Of a stretch of 64,000 nt of DNA, positions 47,600 to 58,389 are shown in pieces; the stretch's first letter is position 1; each line of letters begins with the position of its first letter. The position numbers and the translations under genes are program-made. Source of the DNA: an uncultured Bacillota bacterium (GTDB lineage Bacteria > Bacillota > Dethiobacteria > DTU022 > UBA8154); contig CALJJZ010000002.1 in assembly GCA_937973635.1 (NCBI GenBank), positions 7,550 through 71,549 on the forward strand, written 5' to 3'. Below the pieces are notes generated by a model. That model ran no database searches. It was given only the letters and a program-made list of their open reading frames with translations, and was not told the origin of the DNA.

Positions 47600-50080
47600 A
47601 TGAAACTGGAAAAAGAAAAAATTATCCCCGTCCACCTGGATCAGGAAGTTAAAAATTCTTTTCTGGATTACGCCATGAGCGTCATTGTAAGCCGTGCCCT
47701 GCCCGATGTAAGGGACGGCTTAAAACCTGTGCACCGGCGCATCCTTTATGCCCTCATGGATATGGGTATGACCCCGGATAAACCCCATAAAAAATCGGCC
47801 CGCCTTGTGGGGGAGGTCCTGGGTAAATACCATCCCCATGGCGATCAGGCTGTTTATGAAGCCATGGTGCGCCTGGCGCAGCCTTTTTCCACCCGTTACC
47901 CCCTGGTGGACGGTCACGGCAATTTTGGCTCCATGGACGGAGACGCGGCGGCGGCCATGCGTTATACGGAAGCGCGCCTTTCGCCCCTGGCTCTGGAGCT
48001 GCTGCGGGACTTGGACAAAGAGACCGTGGACTTCCGCCTGAACTTCGACGAAAGCCTGGAGGAACCCGTAGTGTTGCCGGCCCGTTTCCCCAACCTGCTG
48101 GTAAACGGCTCTGCAGGGATCGCCGTGGGTATGGCCACAAGCATACCTCCCCATAACCTTACGGAGGTCATCAGCGCCCTGGAGCTGCTCATCGCCGACC
48201 CCTCCGCTTCCGACGATAGATTGCTGGAGCTGGTGAAAGGGCCCGATTTTCCCACCGGCGGCATTATCCTGGGGACAAAGGGGATCCGTGAAGCCTACCT
48301 GACGGGCCGGGGCAGCATCCAGGTGCGGGGCAAAACCCAGATCGAGACGGGCCAGGACGGGCGGCAGAAGCTCCTCATTACGGAGGTGCCCTACCAGCAG
48401 AACAAAGCCAAGCTGATCGAAAAGATCGCCGAGCTGGTAAGGGATAAAAAAATAGAAGGCATCAGCGAACTGCGCGACGAGTCGGACCGCAGCGGCGTGC
48501 GTATTGTAGTGGAGATACGCCGCGGCCACCAGGCGGAGATTGTTTTAAATCAGCTCTTTAAATATACGCCGCTGCAGCAAAGCTTCAGCATTATCATGCT
48601 CGCCCTGGTTGACGGCAGTCCCAGGATCCTCAGCCTGCGGGAGCTCCTTAACGCTTATCTGGCGCACCAGCAGGAAGTGGTGACCAGGCGTTCCCGCTAC
48701 CTTTTAAACCGCGCCCTGGAACGGGCGCACCTGCTGGAGGGGCTGCGTATCGCTCTGGATAACCTGGACGAGGTGATCGCCACGATCAGGAGCTCTGCCG
48801 ACGTTAAAGAGGCGCGGCAAAGGCTGATGGACGATTTCTCTTTAAGCGAAAAACAGGCCCAGGCCATCCTGGAGATGCGGCTGCAGCGGCTGACCGCCCT
48901 GGAAAGGCAAAAACTGGAAGAAGAATACCGCGCCCTCATGGAGGAGATCGCCTATTTGCGCGCCCTCCTTGCCGATACGTCCCTGGTGATGCAGGAAGTC
49001 AGGCGGGAACTGCAAGAGATCAAAGCAAAGTATGGGGACGCGCGGCTGACCAAAATAGTGGTCCATGAAGCGGAGATCGAGCTGGAAGACTTGATCCGCG
49101 AAGAAAAAGTGGTCATTACCCATACGCATCAGGGTTATATCAAACGCCTGCCTCTGGATACGTACCGCAGCCAGCACCGGGGCGGACGGGGCATTGTGGC
49201 CCATTCCATGCGAGAAAAAGATTTTATTGAGCACCTTTTTGTCTGTTCCACCAAAGATCTGCTTTTCTGTTTCAGCAACATGGGCAGAGTCTATCCTCTG
49301 AAAGTCTACGAGATCCCGGAAAGCGGCCGCACGGCCCGGGGTACGGCCATTGTTAACCTGCTCCCCCTGGAGGAGGCGGAATATATTACGGCTGTTTTCC
49401 CCTACGTGGAGCACCAGGAGGGGGATTGCATCATCATGGCCACGCAGCAGGGCTTTGTGAAAAAAAGTCTGCTGCAGGAATATGTTTCGGCCCGGCGTAC
49501 GGGTCTGATCGCCCTGGGTCTGAACCCAGGTGACCAGCTCATTGCCGTGCGCTACCTGTGCTGTGGTGAGGAGACAACAGAGGAAGAGGAGGGACCAGGG
49601 GCAGGGGAAGAGACGGACGTGCTCATGGCTACGGCCAGCGGTTTGTTGATCCGCTTTGCCGGCAGCCAGCTCAGGTCCATGGGCCGCACGGCCCGGGGCG
49701 TAAGAGGGATCAACCTTTCCCCGGGAGACCGGGTGGTAAATATGAACCTCCTGCCGCCCCATCCCGCAGACAGAATGGCCCTGCTCCTGGTAACGGAAAA
49801 GGGGTTTGGCAAGATTACCCACTTAAACGAATTCCGCTGCCAGCACCGGGGTGGAAAGGGGATCCTGGCCCTTAAGGTCAGCCCCCAGGTCGGCGAGCTG
49901 GTCAGTTTTGCCTTGGTCCAGAAGAAGGACGAATTTATTATTGTTACAGCCCGGGGGCTGGTGATCCGGGAAAAGGTGGCGCCTATTCCGGTACAGGGCC
50001 GCTACGCCCGGGGCGTAACCCTGATTAAGCTTTCCCCCGACGATAAAGTTGTGAACCTGGCGATCCTGCCGCGCAGTTAA
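47600..50080 (+). CDS. gyrA: DNA gyrase subunit A
   Basis: [21 protein letters not shown] and GyrA-box QHRGGRG. Confidence 0.98.
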   Translation: MKLEKEKIIPVHLDQEVKNSFLDYAMSVIVSRALPDVRDGLKPVHRRILYALMDMGMTPDKPHKKSARLVGEVLGKYHPHGDQAVYEAMVRLAQPFSTRYPLVDGHGNFGSMDGDAAAAMRYTEARLSPLALELLRDLDKETVDFRLNFDESLEEPVVLPARFPNLLVNGSAGIAVGMATSIPPHNLTEVISALELLIADPSASDDRLLELVKGPDFPTGGIILGTKGIREAYLTGRGSIQVRGKTQIETGQDGRQKLLITEVPYQQNKAKLIEKIAELVRDKKIEGISELRDESDRSGVRIVVEIRRGHQAEIVLNQLFKYTPLQQSFSIIMLALVDGSPRILSLRELLNAYLAHQQEVVTRRSRYLLNRALERAHLLEGLRIALDNLDEVIATIRSSADVKEARQRLMDDFSLSEKQAQAILEMRLQRLTALERQKLEEEYRALMEEIAYLRALLADTSLVMQEVRRELQEIKAKYGDARLTKIVVHEAEIELEDLIREEKVVITHTHQGYIKRLPLDTYRSQHRGGRGIVAHSMREKDFIEHLFVCSTKDLLFCFSNMGRVYPLKVYEIPESGRTARGTAIVNLLPLEEAEYITAVFPYVEHQEGDCIIMATQQGFVKKSLLQEYVSARRTGLIALGLNPGDQLIAVRYLCCGEETTEEEEGPGAGEETDVLMATASGLLIRFAGSQLRSMGRTARGVRGINLSPGDRVVNMNLLPPHPADRMALLLVTEKGFGKITHLNEFRCQHRGGKGILALKVSPQVGELVSFALVQKKDEFIIVTARGLVIREKVAPIPVQGRYARGVTLIKLSPDDKVVNLAILPRS

Positions 50081-50101
50081 ATCCCGACAAGGAGGAAAAA
50101 G

Positions 50102-51490
50102 TTGAGATATTCCCGCAGTATTCAGCCGGTTCTGGTGGTGCTCCTGCTAGTTTTGATTTTGGCCGCCTTTATCCTTGATTGGACGAGGCCCCGGACGCAG
50201 CCGGTGGAGGCCCTGCCCCCGCCGCCCCGCAGCACCGATATGGCCGTCATCGGCGCCACCACGGCCGCTTTGCTCACAGCCCTGCAGGGGGCGCAAAACG
50301 GCGCCCAGGTTTACCTTTTTCCCCAGGGGGCCGAGCTGGGTGAAGATGCCGCGTTTTTGCTGGCCGAGGGGCTGGCCGCGGCCGGGACGCCGCCGCAGCG
50401 GGAGCTGGCCGCCGCTTCCCCCCCTGAGGAAGCAGCAGAGCCCTTTTCCCCGGCGGACCTGGGAAGGTTGCTGCGGGAATGGGGTGGCAACCTCCATGAT
50501 CCGGCCCTGCTGTCGGCCTTTATCCAGTTTGTTCCCCGCCTCTATCCTCTCCTGGAGAGCACCGGCATATCCTTTACGTATATTCCCGACCCTGACCGTT
50601 CGTATCTCCACCTCCCCCCTGCGGGGGCAGACCCCGCTGCCTATCAGCAGCACCTGAAGCTGAAGGTGATGCAGGCCGGCGTGATTATCAGCAACGACCG
50701 GGTAAAAGAGCTGCTTTTTTCCCCGCAAGGGGAGATAAAGGGCTTGCTGCTGCTCAATAGCTGGGGCAGGGAAGAGGTCCTCCGCCTGCGTTCCGTAGTG
50801 CTTGCCGACGGGGGTTACAGCGGCAACCTTTTGCGCTGGCATCCCTACCTGCCGTACAACAACCTGGTTCCTTACCGTACCGGGCAGGAGGGGTGGGGGC
50901 TGAGCCTTGCCGCAGAACTGGGCATGGATGTGCTCCAGACCGGTTTTTACCGCCGCCGTGTGCTCCTCTTTGACCCTTCCGGGGAGAAAAGCTGTCTGCT
51001 GCTGTCCGGCCCCTGGGAGCAGTCTTACCTCTTTAACAACAGGGGGCAGCTGCTGGCCTGGTATGCCGCAGACACGCAGGAGATCTTTAATTTTATCCAT
51101 GCCTCGCCTCCCGGCGCCGTCTATCTCCTGGCTGCGCCGGAGAGTATCCCGGCTGTGTGCGCGCCTTTTTTCCGCAGTTTTGCAGACCGGGAGGCCCTAG
51201 CGGAGTTTTGCGGCGGTGCCTTGCCGCCTTTTCCCCCGCCTTTTGCGGCCACGGAACCCCATGCTGTGGCCCCGGTCAGAGTGGGCGTTGATTATACCCC
51301 CGACGGCCTGGCCATCACTCCCCGCGGCGAGGTGAAGCGCAACGGTATGGCGGTGCCGGGGCTTTATGCCGCAGGGGAAATATGCGGCGGCCTGCACGGC
51401 GCCGTGGTGCTCCCGGGCATGCCCCTCAGCGAAACCCTCTTCCTTGCGGCCGTAGCCGGGGAGGCGGCAGCGCACCACGCCTGGAAATAG
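50102..51490 (+). CDS. Membrane-anchored flavocytochrome-c/fumarate-reductase-like protein with degenerate motifs
   Basis: N-terminal TM; VIGATTAA, VVLADGGYSGN and GLYAAGEICGGLHG echo the Fcc/FrdA fold. Confidence 0.6.
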   Translation: MRYSRSIQPVLVVLLLVLILAAFILDWTRPRTQPVEALPPPPRSTDMAVIGATTAALLTALQGAQNGAQVYLFPQGAELGEDAAFLLAEGLAAAGTPPQRELAAASPPEEAAEPFSPADLGRLLREWGGNLHDPALLSAFIQFVPRLYPLLESTGISFTYIPDPDRSYLHLPPAGADPAAYQQHLKLKVMQAGVIISNDRVKELLFSPQGEIKGLLLLNSWGREEVLRLRSVVLADGGYSGNLLRWHPYLPYNNLVPYRTGQEGWGLSLAAELGMDVLQTGFYRRRVLLFDPSGEKSCLLLSGPWEQSYLFNNRGQLLAWYAADTQEIFNFIHASPPGAVYLLAAPESIPAVCAPFFRSFADREALAEFCGGALPPFPPPFAATEPHAVAPVRVGVDYTPDGLAITPRGEVKRNGMAVPGLYAAGEICGGLHGAVVLPGMPLSETLFLAAVAGEAAAHHAWK

Positions 51491-51586
51491 GGGCGGCGTA
51501 GGCGGCCGAGCCGCAGGCCCCCTAGACATAGCATAAAATTTTTTTCTGCCGCCTCCTGTGTCTTCCCAAAGGAGCCGCGTTACCAT

Positions 51587-51628
51587 ATAATAATAGCTAG
51601 CGGCAAAATAATAATAGCTAGCGGCAAA
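51587..51628. repeat. Perfect 21-bp tandem duplication
   Basis: ATAATAATAGCTAGCGGCAAA x2. Confidence 0.9.
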
Positions 51629-51660
51629 AAAACGCTCATTATTTTTAAGGAGACGAAGCG

Positions 51661-53193
51661 ATGGCACATAAAATGAAAGTAGGCATTACGGACACCACCC
51701 TGCGCGATGCGCACCAATCCCTCATGGCCACACGTTTGCGTAGCGAACATATAATGCCCATCATCTCCCAGATCGACGAGGTCGGTTATCATTCCCTGGA
51801 GGTCTGGGGCGGGGCCACCTTTGATACTTGCCTGCGCTTTTTGGATGAAGACCCGTGGGAGCGCCTGATCAGGATGCGGGAGCTGGCGCCCCGCACCCCT
51901 TTGCAGATGCTCCTGCGCGGCCAGAACCTGGTAGGCTACCGCCACTATCCCGACGATGTGGTTGACGCTTTTGTGAGGCTTGCCGTGAAAAACGGCATTA
52001 AGATTATGCGTATCTTTGACGCCCTTAACGACACGCGCAATATGCAAAGGGCCATGCAGGCGGCAAAGGAAGCAGGGGCCCACGTGCAGGGAACTCTCAG
52101 CTATACCCTCAGCCCCCTGCATAACATTGATTATTTTGTCAACCTGGCCCTGGAGCTAGAAAAGATGGGCGCAGATTCCATCGCCATTAAGGATATGGCC
52201 GGCCTGCTGACCCCCTATGATACCTATACACTGGTGCAGCGCCTGAAAGAAAAGATCAAGCTGCCGGTGCAGCTCCACTCCCATTTTACCAGCGGCCTTG
52301 CTTTCATGGCCTATCTCAAGGGCATAGAAGCAGGCTGTGACGTGGTGGATACGGCGATCTCCTCCCTTTCCCTGGGTTCTTCCCAACCGGCCACGGAAAG
52401 TATGGTTGCGGCCCTGCGGGGCACGCCTTACGATACGGGGCTGGACCTGGAGCAACTCAGCCCCATCGCCGAGTATTTCAAAGAGGTACGCAAGCATTAC
52501 CAGATTCCCACAGAGATCGTCATGGGCGTAGATACGGCCGTCCTGAGCTACCAGATCCCCGGGGGCATGATCTCCAACCTTGCTTCCCAGCTGGAGGCCC
52601 AAGGCGCCGTCCACCTTCTGCCCCGGGTGCTGGAAGAGGTGCCCCGTGTCCGGGCCGAGATGGGCTATCCGCCCCTGGTTACCCCCTCCAGCCAGATCGT
52701 GGGGGCCCAGGCGGTGATCAACGTCATCAGCGGCGAGCGCTACAAGATCATCTCTACGGAAGTGAAGAACTACCTGCGCGGCCTTTATGGCCGGCCCCCC
52801 GGGGAAGTTGACCCGGACCTGCTGGCCAAAGTAATCGGCAATGAGACGCCGTACCAGGGCCGGCCGGCGGACCTGCTCGAGCCCGGGCTGGAAAAGGGAC
52901 GGGAGGAGCTGGGCAAGTATATGGAAAAAGAAGAGGATCTCCTCTCCTATATCCTCTTTCCCCAGCAGGCCCTGGCTTTTTTCCAGCGCCGCCGCGGCGA
53001 GACGGCGTCCACGGCGGCGGCTCCCGCCGCCGAACATAAAAAAGAGGCCCCCGCCCCTGACGGCCAAAAGGGAGCTCCTGCTCCGGTACGCCCGGCGGCG
53101 GCAGAGCCCAAACTGGACCAGCTTTACACGGTGGACGGAGAGCTTTTGGCCTGTGATGATGAAGCGGCTTGCTTTATCTACCCTTCGGCCTGA
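51661..53193 (+). CDS. Carboxyltransferase of the oxaloacetate decarboxylase alpha / pyruvate carboxylase B family, no biotin domain
   Basis: LRDAHQSL, EVWGGATFD, IKDMAG, YQIPGGM and PPLVTPSSQ; no AMKM biotinylation motif. Confidence 0.85.
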   Translation: MAHKMKVGITDTTLRDAHQSLMATRLRSEHIMPIISQIDEVGYHSLEVWGGATFDTCLRFLDEDPWERLIRMRELAPRTPLQMLLRGQNLVGYRHYPDDVVDAFVRLAVKNGIKIMRIFDALNDTRNMQRAMQAAKEAGAHVQGTLSYTLSPLHNIDYFVNLALELEKMGADSIAIKDMAGLLTPYDTYTLVQRLKEKIKLPVQLHSHFTSGLAFMAYLKGIEAGCDVVDTAISSLSLGSSQPATESMVAALRGTPYDTGLDLEQLSPIAEYFKEVRKHYQIPTEIVMGVDTAVLSYQIPGGMISNLASQLEAQGAVHLLPRVLEEVPRVRAEMGYPPLVTPSSQIVGAQAVINVISGERYKIISTEVKNYLRGLYGRPPGEVDPDLLAKVIGNETPYQGRPADLLEPGLEKGREELGKYMEKEEDLLSYILFPQQALAFFQRRRGETASTAAAPAAEHKKEAPAPDGQKGAPAPVRPAAAEPKLDQLYTVDGELLACDDEAACFIYPSA

Positions 53194-53207
53194 AAAGTAT
53201 TTTTTAT

Positions 53208-53236
53208 TTGACATCGCCGGGGGCTACGGCTATAAT
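53208..53236 (+). promoter_or_regulatory. Consensus sigma-A promoter for the ilv-leu leader
   Basis: TTGACA-N17-TATAAT. Confidence 0.9.
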
Positions 53237-53251
53237 TAAAAACAATTAACC

Positions 53252-53497
53252 TAACGATGACGGGGCTGGGGCCGGGCCCACCCTCCTTAAGGACCGGTGG
53301 TGCTGAGAACCCGGCCAGAGAGGCGCCCAAGGTTGTCACCCCGGAGTTCCTCCCTGCAAATGTGTGTTACGTAGGGGCGGACGGTATACCCGTTAACGTA
53401 GAGCTTAGCAGCCTGAGGCGGCCTTGAAAAAGGCAGGAAGGGTGGTACCGCGGAGACAACTCCTTCGTCCCTTGGAAAAGGGCGGAGGATTTTTTTT
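53252..53497 (+). ncRNA. T-box riboswitch with terminator
   Basis: T-box AAGGGTGGTACCGCGG (53438-53453), CCGTTA stem IIA/B motif, antiterminator partner TTCGTCCCTT, and terminator hairpin plus T8 at 53461-53497. Confidence 0.9.
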
Positions 53498-53572
53498 AAT
53501 GGACCAAATCTCAGCGTGAGCGCAAAGGGAGGTGAAGCCCGGTTCCTCCTTGCCAAAGGGGCCGGGCGGCAA

Positions 53573-54451
53573 ATGGGTTTATTGATCTATCTGGACGGTG
53601 CTTTCATCCCCCGGGAAGAGGCCAGGGTCTCTGTTTTTGACCATGGCTACCTCTACGGCGACGGGGTTTTTGAAGGTATCCGGGCCTATGACGGCCGGGT
53701 TTTCAAACTGGAGGAACACCTGGAAAGGCTCTATGACGGCGCCCACCATATTATGCTCCAGGTCCCCTTAAACAGGCGGGAGCTGGCAGCGGCCACGCTG
53801 GAGACGTTGCGCCGTAACGGGCTTCAAGATGCATATATCCGCATTGTCGTCTCCCGGGGGGTGGGGGACCTGGGTCTGGACCCGCGCAAATGTCCCCGCG
53901 CCACCGTGGTAATTATTGCCGACAAGATCTCCCTTTTCCCTCAGGAATACTACGAAAAGGGGCTGGCCGTGGTCACGGCGGCGACGCGGCAGCGCTGCAG
54001 CGACACCATAGAACCGCGGATTAAATCCCTGAATTACCTGAACAATATCCTGGTGAAAATTGAGGCCGTCCAGGCCGGCGTGATGGAAGCGATCATGCTC
54101 AACACCCAGGGTTACGTCGTGGAAGGTTCCGGCTCCAATGTTTTTATCGTCAACAAAAAAGGGGAGCTCATTACTCCCCCTACATACCTGGGCATCCTGG
54201 AAGGCATTACCCGCAACACGGTGATGGAGCTGGCCCTGGCAGCGGGCCTGCCGGTTCGGGAAGATATCTTTACCCGCCATGATCTCTATACGGCCCGGGA
54301 ATGTTTCCTGACGGGGACGGCCGCGGAATTGATCCCCGTTATCTCCGTGGATCGCCGTACCATCGGTGCGGGGATCCCCGGTGACCTTACACGCAGGCTG
54401 ATGGAACGTTTCCACACCTATGTGCGCAGTACAGGCATCCCCTATGCATAA
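53573..54451 (+). CDS. ilvE: Branched-chain amino acid aminotransferase
   Basis: YGDGVFEGIR, KSLNYLN, EGSGSN, LEGITR and FLTGTAAE. Confidence 0.93.
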   Translation: MGLLIYLDGAFIPREEARVSVFDHGYLYGDGVFEGIRAYDGRVFKLEEHLERLYDGAHHIMLQVPLNRRELAAATLETLRRNGLQDAYIRIVVSRGVGDLGLDPRKCPRATVVIIADKISLFPQEYYEKGLAVVTAATRQRCSDTIEPRIKSLNYLNNILVKIEAVQAGVMEAIMLNTQGYVVEGSGSNVFIVNKKGELITPPTYLGILEGITRNTVMELALAAGLPVREDIFTRHDLYTARECFLTGTAAELIPVISVDRRTIGAGIPGDLTRRLMERFHTYVRSTGIPYA

Positions 54452-54487
54452 AAAAACCGGCACAGCTGGGAGGAGGAAAAAAGCAAG

Positions 54488-56173
54488 ATGCGCAGTGATC
54501 TCGTTAAAAAGGGCTTAGAGAGGGCTCCCCACCGCTCCCTATTTTATGCCATGGGTTATGATGCGGTGGAGTTGGAGAAGCCCCTCATCGGTATTGTCAA
54601 TTCGTTTAATGAAGTTGTACCCGGGCATGTACACCTAGACCGCATCGCTGCCGCGGTGAAGGCCGGCGTCTATGCTGCCGGCGGCCTCCCCGTGGAGTTT
54701 AACACTATCGCTGTCTGCGACGGCATCGCCATGGGGCACCCGGGGATGAAATTTTCCCTGGCCAGCCGTGAGCTGATTGCCGACAGCGTTGAGGTCATGG
54801 CCATGGCCCACGGCTTTGACGCCCTGGTTTTTATTCCCAATTGTGATAAGGTTATCCCGGGTATGCTCATGGCCGCGGCGCGCCTGGACCTGCCCTCCAT
54901 CTTTATCAGCGGCGGACCTATGCTGGCGGGAGAATTTGCCGGCCGGGCCGTGGATCTCAGCAGTGTTTTTGAAGCGGTGGGGGCAGTCAAAGCCGGCCGC
55001 CTGGATGAAACAGCCCTGGAGCGCCTAGAGCAGGCCGCCTGCCCCGGCTGCGGCTCCTGCGCCGGCATGTTTACGGCCAATTCCATGAACTGCCTTTGCG
55101 AAGCCCTGGGTATGGCTCTGCCCGGCAACGGCACCATACCGGCCGTGGACGCGCGGCGCCTACGCCTGGCCCGGGCCGCCGGCCGGCAGATCCTGGAGCT
55201 GTGGAAAAGGGACCTGCGGCCTTCCCGCATTATGACTGCTGCCGCCTTTCGCAACGCTCTGGCTGTGGATATGGCCATGGGCTGTTCTACTAATACGATC
55301 CTCCACCTGCCGGCCGTGGCCCATGAGCTGCAGATCGGCTGGGAGCTCGGGGAGATAAACACGATCAGCGAAAAGACGCCCCAACTTTGCCTGCTCAGCC
55401 CGGCGGGCCCAGACCGCATCGCCGATCTGGACCGGGCCGGCGGTATCTCCGCTGTGCTCAAGGAGCTGCAGCGGGGCGGACTCATCGACGACGGGCAGCT
55501 CAGTGTGACAGGGCAAACCTTCAGGCAGAACCTTGCAGGTGCCTCTGGGCCCGATGGCAAAGTAATCCGCACCCTGGAGGACCCTTTTAGGCCTCAGGGG
55601 GGGCTTGCCGTCCTTTTCGGCAACCTGGCGCCGGACGGGGCTGTGGTCAAACAGGGCGCCGTGGCGCCAGAGATGTTAAAGAGCCGCCTGCGGGCGCGCG
55701 TCTTTGAGAACGAAGAAGCGGCGGTGGAGGCCGTGCTGGCAGGGAAAATTGTCCCCGGCGATGCCCTGGTGATCCGCTATGAAGGCCCCAAAGGCGGGCC
55801 GGGGATGCGGGAGATGCTTTCTCCCACTGCTGCCGTAGCTGGCATGGGCCTGGACAAAGAGGTAGGCCTGATCACCGACGGGCGCTTTTCCGGGGCCACC
55901 CGGGGCGCTTCCATCGGCCATGTCTGCCCTGAAGCCATGGAGGGCGGTCCCATTGCCTTGGTCCAGGACGGCGACATCATCGCCATAGATATTCTGGAGC
56001 GCCGCCTGGAGCTCCAGGTCGCGCCGGAAGAGCTGGCGCGGCGCCGGGAGAACCTGGTTTTACCGCCCTTAAAGGCCAGGGGGGGCTACCTTTTGCGTTA
56101 TGCTTCCCAGGTTACCGCCGCCTGGAGCGGCGCCGTGCTGCGGGTACCGCCGGAAGGAGGGGAGCGGCGTTGA
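54488..56173 (+). CDS. ilvD: Dihydroxy-acid dehydratase
   Basis: [36 protein letters not shown] and TDGRFSG. Confidence 0.96.
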   Translation: MRSDLVKKGLERAPHRSLFYAMGYDAVELEKPLIGIVNSFNEVVPGHVHLDRIAAAVKAGVYAAGGLPVEFNTIAVCDGIAMGHPGMKFSLASRELIADSVEVMAMAHGFDALVFIPNCDKVIPGMLMAAARLDLPSIFISGGPMLAGEFAGRAVDLSSVFEAVGAVKAGRLDETALERLEQAACPGCGSCAGMFTANSMNCLCEALGMALPGNGTIPAVDARRLRLARAAGRQILELWKRDLRPSRIMTAAAFRNALAVDMAMGCSTNTILHLPAVAHELQIGWELGEINTISEKTPQLCLLSPAGPDRIADLDRAGGISAVLKELQRGGLIDDGQLSVTGQTFRQNLAGASGPDGKVIRTLEDPFRPQGGLAVLFGNLAPDGAVVKQGAVAPEMLKSRLRARVFENEEAAVEAVLAGKIVPGDALVIRYEGPKGGPGMREMLSPTAAVAGMGLDKEVGLITDGRFSGATRGASIGHVCPEAMEGGPIALVQDGDIIAIDILERRLELQVAPEELARRRENLVLPPLKARGGYLLRYASQVTAAWSGAVLRVPPEGGERR

Positions 56174-57849
56174 GACTGAACGGGGCCCAGATGGTCCTGC
56201 GCTGTCTGGAAGCTGAAGGAGTCGAGGTAGTCTTCGGTTATCCCGGCGGGGCCGTCCTTACTCTTTATGACGAGATCTATAAAAAAGGGCTGCGCCATAT
56301 CCTGACCCGCCATGAACAGGGCGCGGCCCATGCCGCCGACGGCTATGCCCGGGCTTCGGGCAAAACCGGGGTCGTCATTGCCACCTCCGGCCCTGGCGCC
56401 ACCAACTTAGTGACGGGGATCGCCAACGCCTATATGGACTCCATCCCTCTAGTGGCCATTACGGGCCAGGTAGCCAGGCCAGGCATCGGCACCGATGCCT
56501 TTCAGGAAGCGGACATTACGGGTATTACCCTGCCCATTACCAAGCATAATTACCTCGTAACCAAGCTGGAGGAGCTGCCGCGCATCTTTAAAGAAGCCTT
56601 TCATATTGCCGGGACAGGGCGCAAGGGCCCGGTTTTGATCGACCTGCCCAAGGACGTGCAGATAGAGGAAGGGGATTTTGCCTACCCGCAGCGGGTGGAG
56701 CTCTCCACATACCGCCCCGTGTACGAGGGCCATGCCGGCCAGATCAGCAGAGCGGCCACCGCCATCCGCAAGGCCAAAAAGCCTGTTATCTACAGTGGCG
56801 GTGGTGTGGTCAGCTCCGGCGCCAGTGCCGAGCTCCTGGAATTTTCAAAATATACGGGTATCCCCGTAACTACTACCCTTACAGGCTTGGGCAGCATCCC
56901 CTCCGCCTATACCTACTACCTGGGGATGCCGGGTATGCACGGCACCTATGCCGCCAACCATGCCCTCAGCAACGCGGACCTGATCATCGCTGTAGGTGCC
57001 CGCTTTGACGACCGGGTTACGGGCAAGGTCGATGCCTTTGCCGTCCATGCCCAGGTCATCCACATCGATATTGACCCGGCGGAAATAGGCAAAAACGTGG
57101 CGGCGGCCATCCCCATTGTAGGCGATGTAAAGCTTGTGCTGCAGGAGCTGCTGAAGAAAGCAAAGCCGCCGGAGATTGAAGAGTGGCAAAACCAGGTGCT
57201 CGCCTGGAAAAAGGAGCGCCCCTTACGTTTTCACCAGCCGCCTGGAGGGCCCGTCAAGCCCCAGTTCGTCATCAGCGAGCTCTACCGCCTCACAGGGGGC
57301 GACGCCATCGTTACCACCGATGTGGGACAGCACCAGATGTGGGCGGCCCAGTATTACCCCCTGGAGAAGCCCCGGACCTTTATCAGCTCCGGAGGGCTGG
57401 GAACAATGGGCTTCGGCTTCCCCGCCGCCATTGGTGCCCAGGTGGCCTTCCCCGGCCGTACGGTGCTCTGTATCGCCGGCGACGGCAGCTTCCAGATGAA
57501 CTCCCAGGAGCTGGCCACAGCGGTTTGCCATAAGCTGCCGGTAAAAGTAGCCATTATCAATAACCAGTACCTGGGCATGGTCCGCCAGTGGCAGGAATTT
57601 TTCTACGGCGGCCGCTATGCCCATAGCTGTCTGGCTGGCAGCCCCGATTTTGTCAAGCTGGCCGAAGCCTACGGCGCTGCGGGGATGCGTGCTAGCACCG
57701 TGGAGGAAGTGCCACGGGTCATTGCGGCGGCCCTAGAGACGGAGGGCCCTGTGGTCATGGACTTCCATGTTGACCCGCAGGAGAACGTGCTGCCCATGGT
57801 GGCGCCCAATACCTCCATCGTGGAGATGATCGGGGGAGATGCTTTGTGA
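56170..57849 (+). CDS. ilvB: Acetolactate synthase large subunit
   Basis: [26 protein letters not shown] and ThDP motif GDGSFQMN...NN. Confidence 0.96.
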   Translation: MRLNGAQMVLRCLEAEGVEVVFGYPGGAVLTLYDEIYKKGLRHILTRHEQGAAHAADGYARASGKTGVVIATSGPGATNLVTGIANAYMDSIPLVAITGQVARPGIGTDAFQEADITGITLPITKHNYLVTKLEELPRIFKEAFHIAGTGRKGPVLIDLPKDVQIEEGDFAYPQRVELSTYRPVYEGHAGQISRAATAIRKAKKPVIYSGGGVVSSGASAELLEFSKYTGIPVTTTLTGLGSIPSAYTYYLGMPGMHGTYAANHALSNADLIIAVGARFDDRVTGKVDAFAVHAQVIHIDIDPAEIGKNVAAAIPIVGDVKLVLQELLKKAKPPEIEEWQNQVLAWKKERPLRFHQPPGGPVKPQFVISELYRLTGGDAIVTTDVGQHQMWAAQYYPLEKPRTFISSGGLGTMGFGFPAAIGAQVAFPGRTVLCIAGDGSFQMNSQELATAVCHKLPVKVAIINNQYLGMVRQWQEFFYGGRYAHSCLAGSPDFVKLAEAYGAAGMRASTVEEVPRVIAAALETEGPVVMDFHVDPQENVLPMVAPNTSIVEMIGGDAL

Positions 57850-58346
57850 AAAGGGTTTTAGCCATTTTGGTAGAAGATCGCCCCGGGGTCCTGACCAGGG
57901 TGTCGGGCCTTTTCAGCCGGCGCGGCTACAATATCCAGAATATTGCCGTGGGCCGCACCATCGAGCCGGGGATTTCGCGCATGACGGTGACCGTCGATGC
58001 GGACCGTGTTACGGTAGAGCAGATCGTCAAGCAGTTGAACAAGCTGGTCAACGTGCTCAAAGTCAGCGATTTAACGGAAGAATCTTCCGTGGGCCGGGAG
58101 CTGATGTTGATTAAAGTCAAGGCCGAGCCGGAAAAGCGCGGCGATATCCAGCAGCTGGTGGCCACTTTCCGCGCCAAAATTATCGATGTTTCTCCCGATT
58201 CCATGATTGTGGAGGTAACGGGCGACGAGAACAAACTGCAGGCTTTTATGCTCATGATGCAGGAATTTGGCATCAAGGAGATCGCCGCCACTGGCAATGT
58301 GGCCCTCCTGCGCGGCGGACGCACAACGCGGGAGGCGCGGAACTGA
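57846..58346 (+). CDS. ilvN: Acetolactate synthase small regulatory subunit
   Basis: ACT domain VEDRPGVLTRVSGLFSRRGYNI; RELMLIKV. Confidence 0.95.
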   Translation: MKRVLAILVEDRPGVLTRVSGLFSRRGYNIQNIAVGRTIEPGISRMTVTVDADRVTVEQIVKQLNKLVNVLKVSDLTEESSVGRELMLIKVKAEPEKRGDIQQLVATFRAKIIDVSPDSMIVEVTGDENKLQAFMLMMQEFGIKEIAATGNVALLRGGRTTREARN

Positions 58347-58389
58347 AAGGTGCCAATAAATAAAGAGAGGAAGACAGGAGGAACTACGC

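Noticed and set aside
50081-53250. rRNA operon or tRNA cluster after gyrA, as in B. subtilis
   Set aside because: The space is filled by two CDSs; I saw no rRNA or tRNA signature anywhere in the window.
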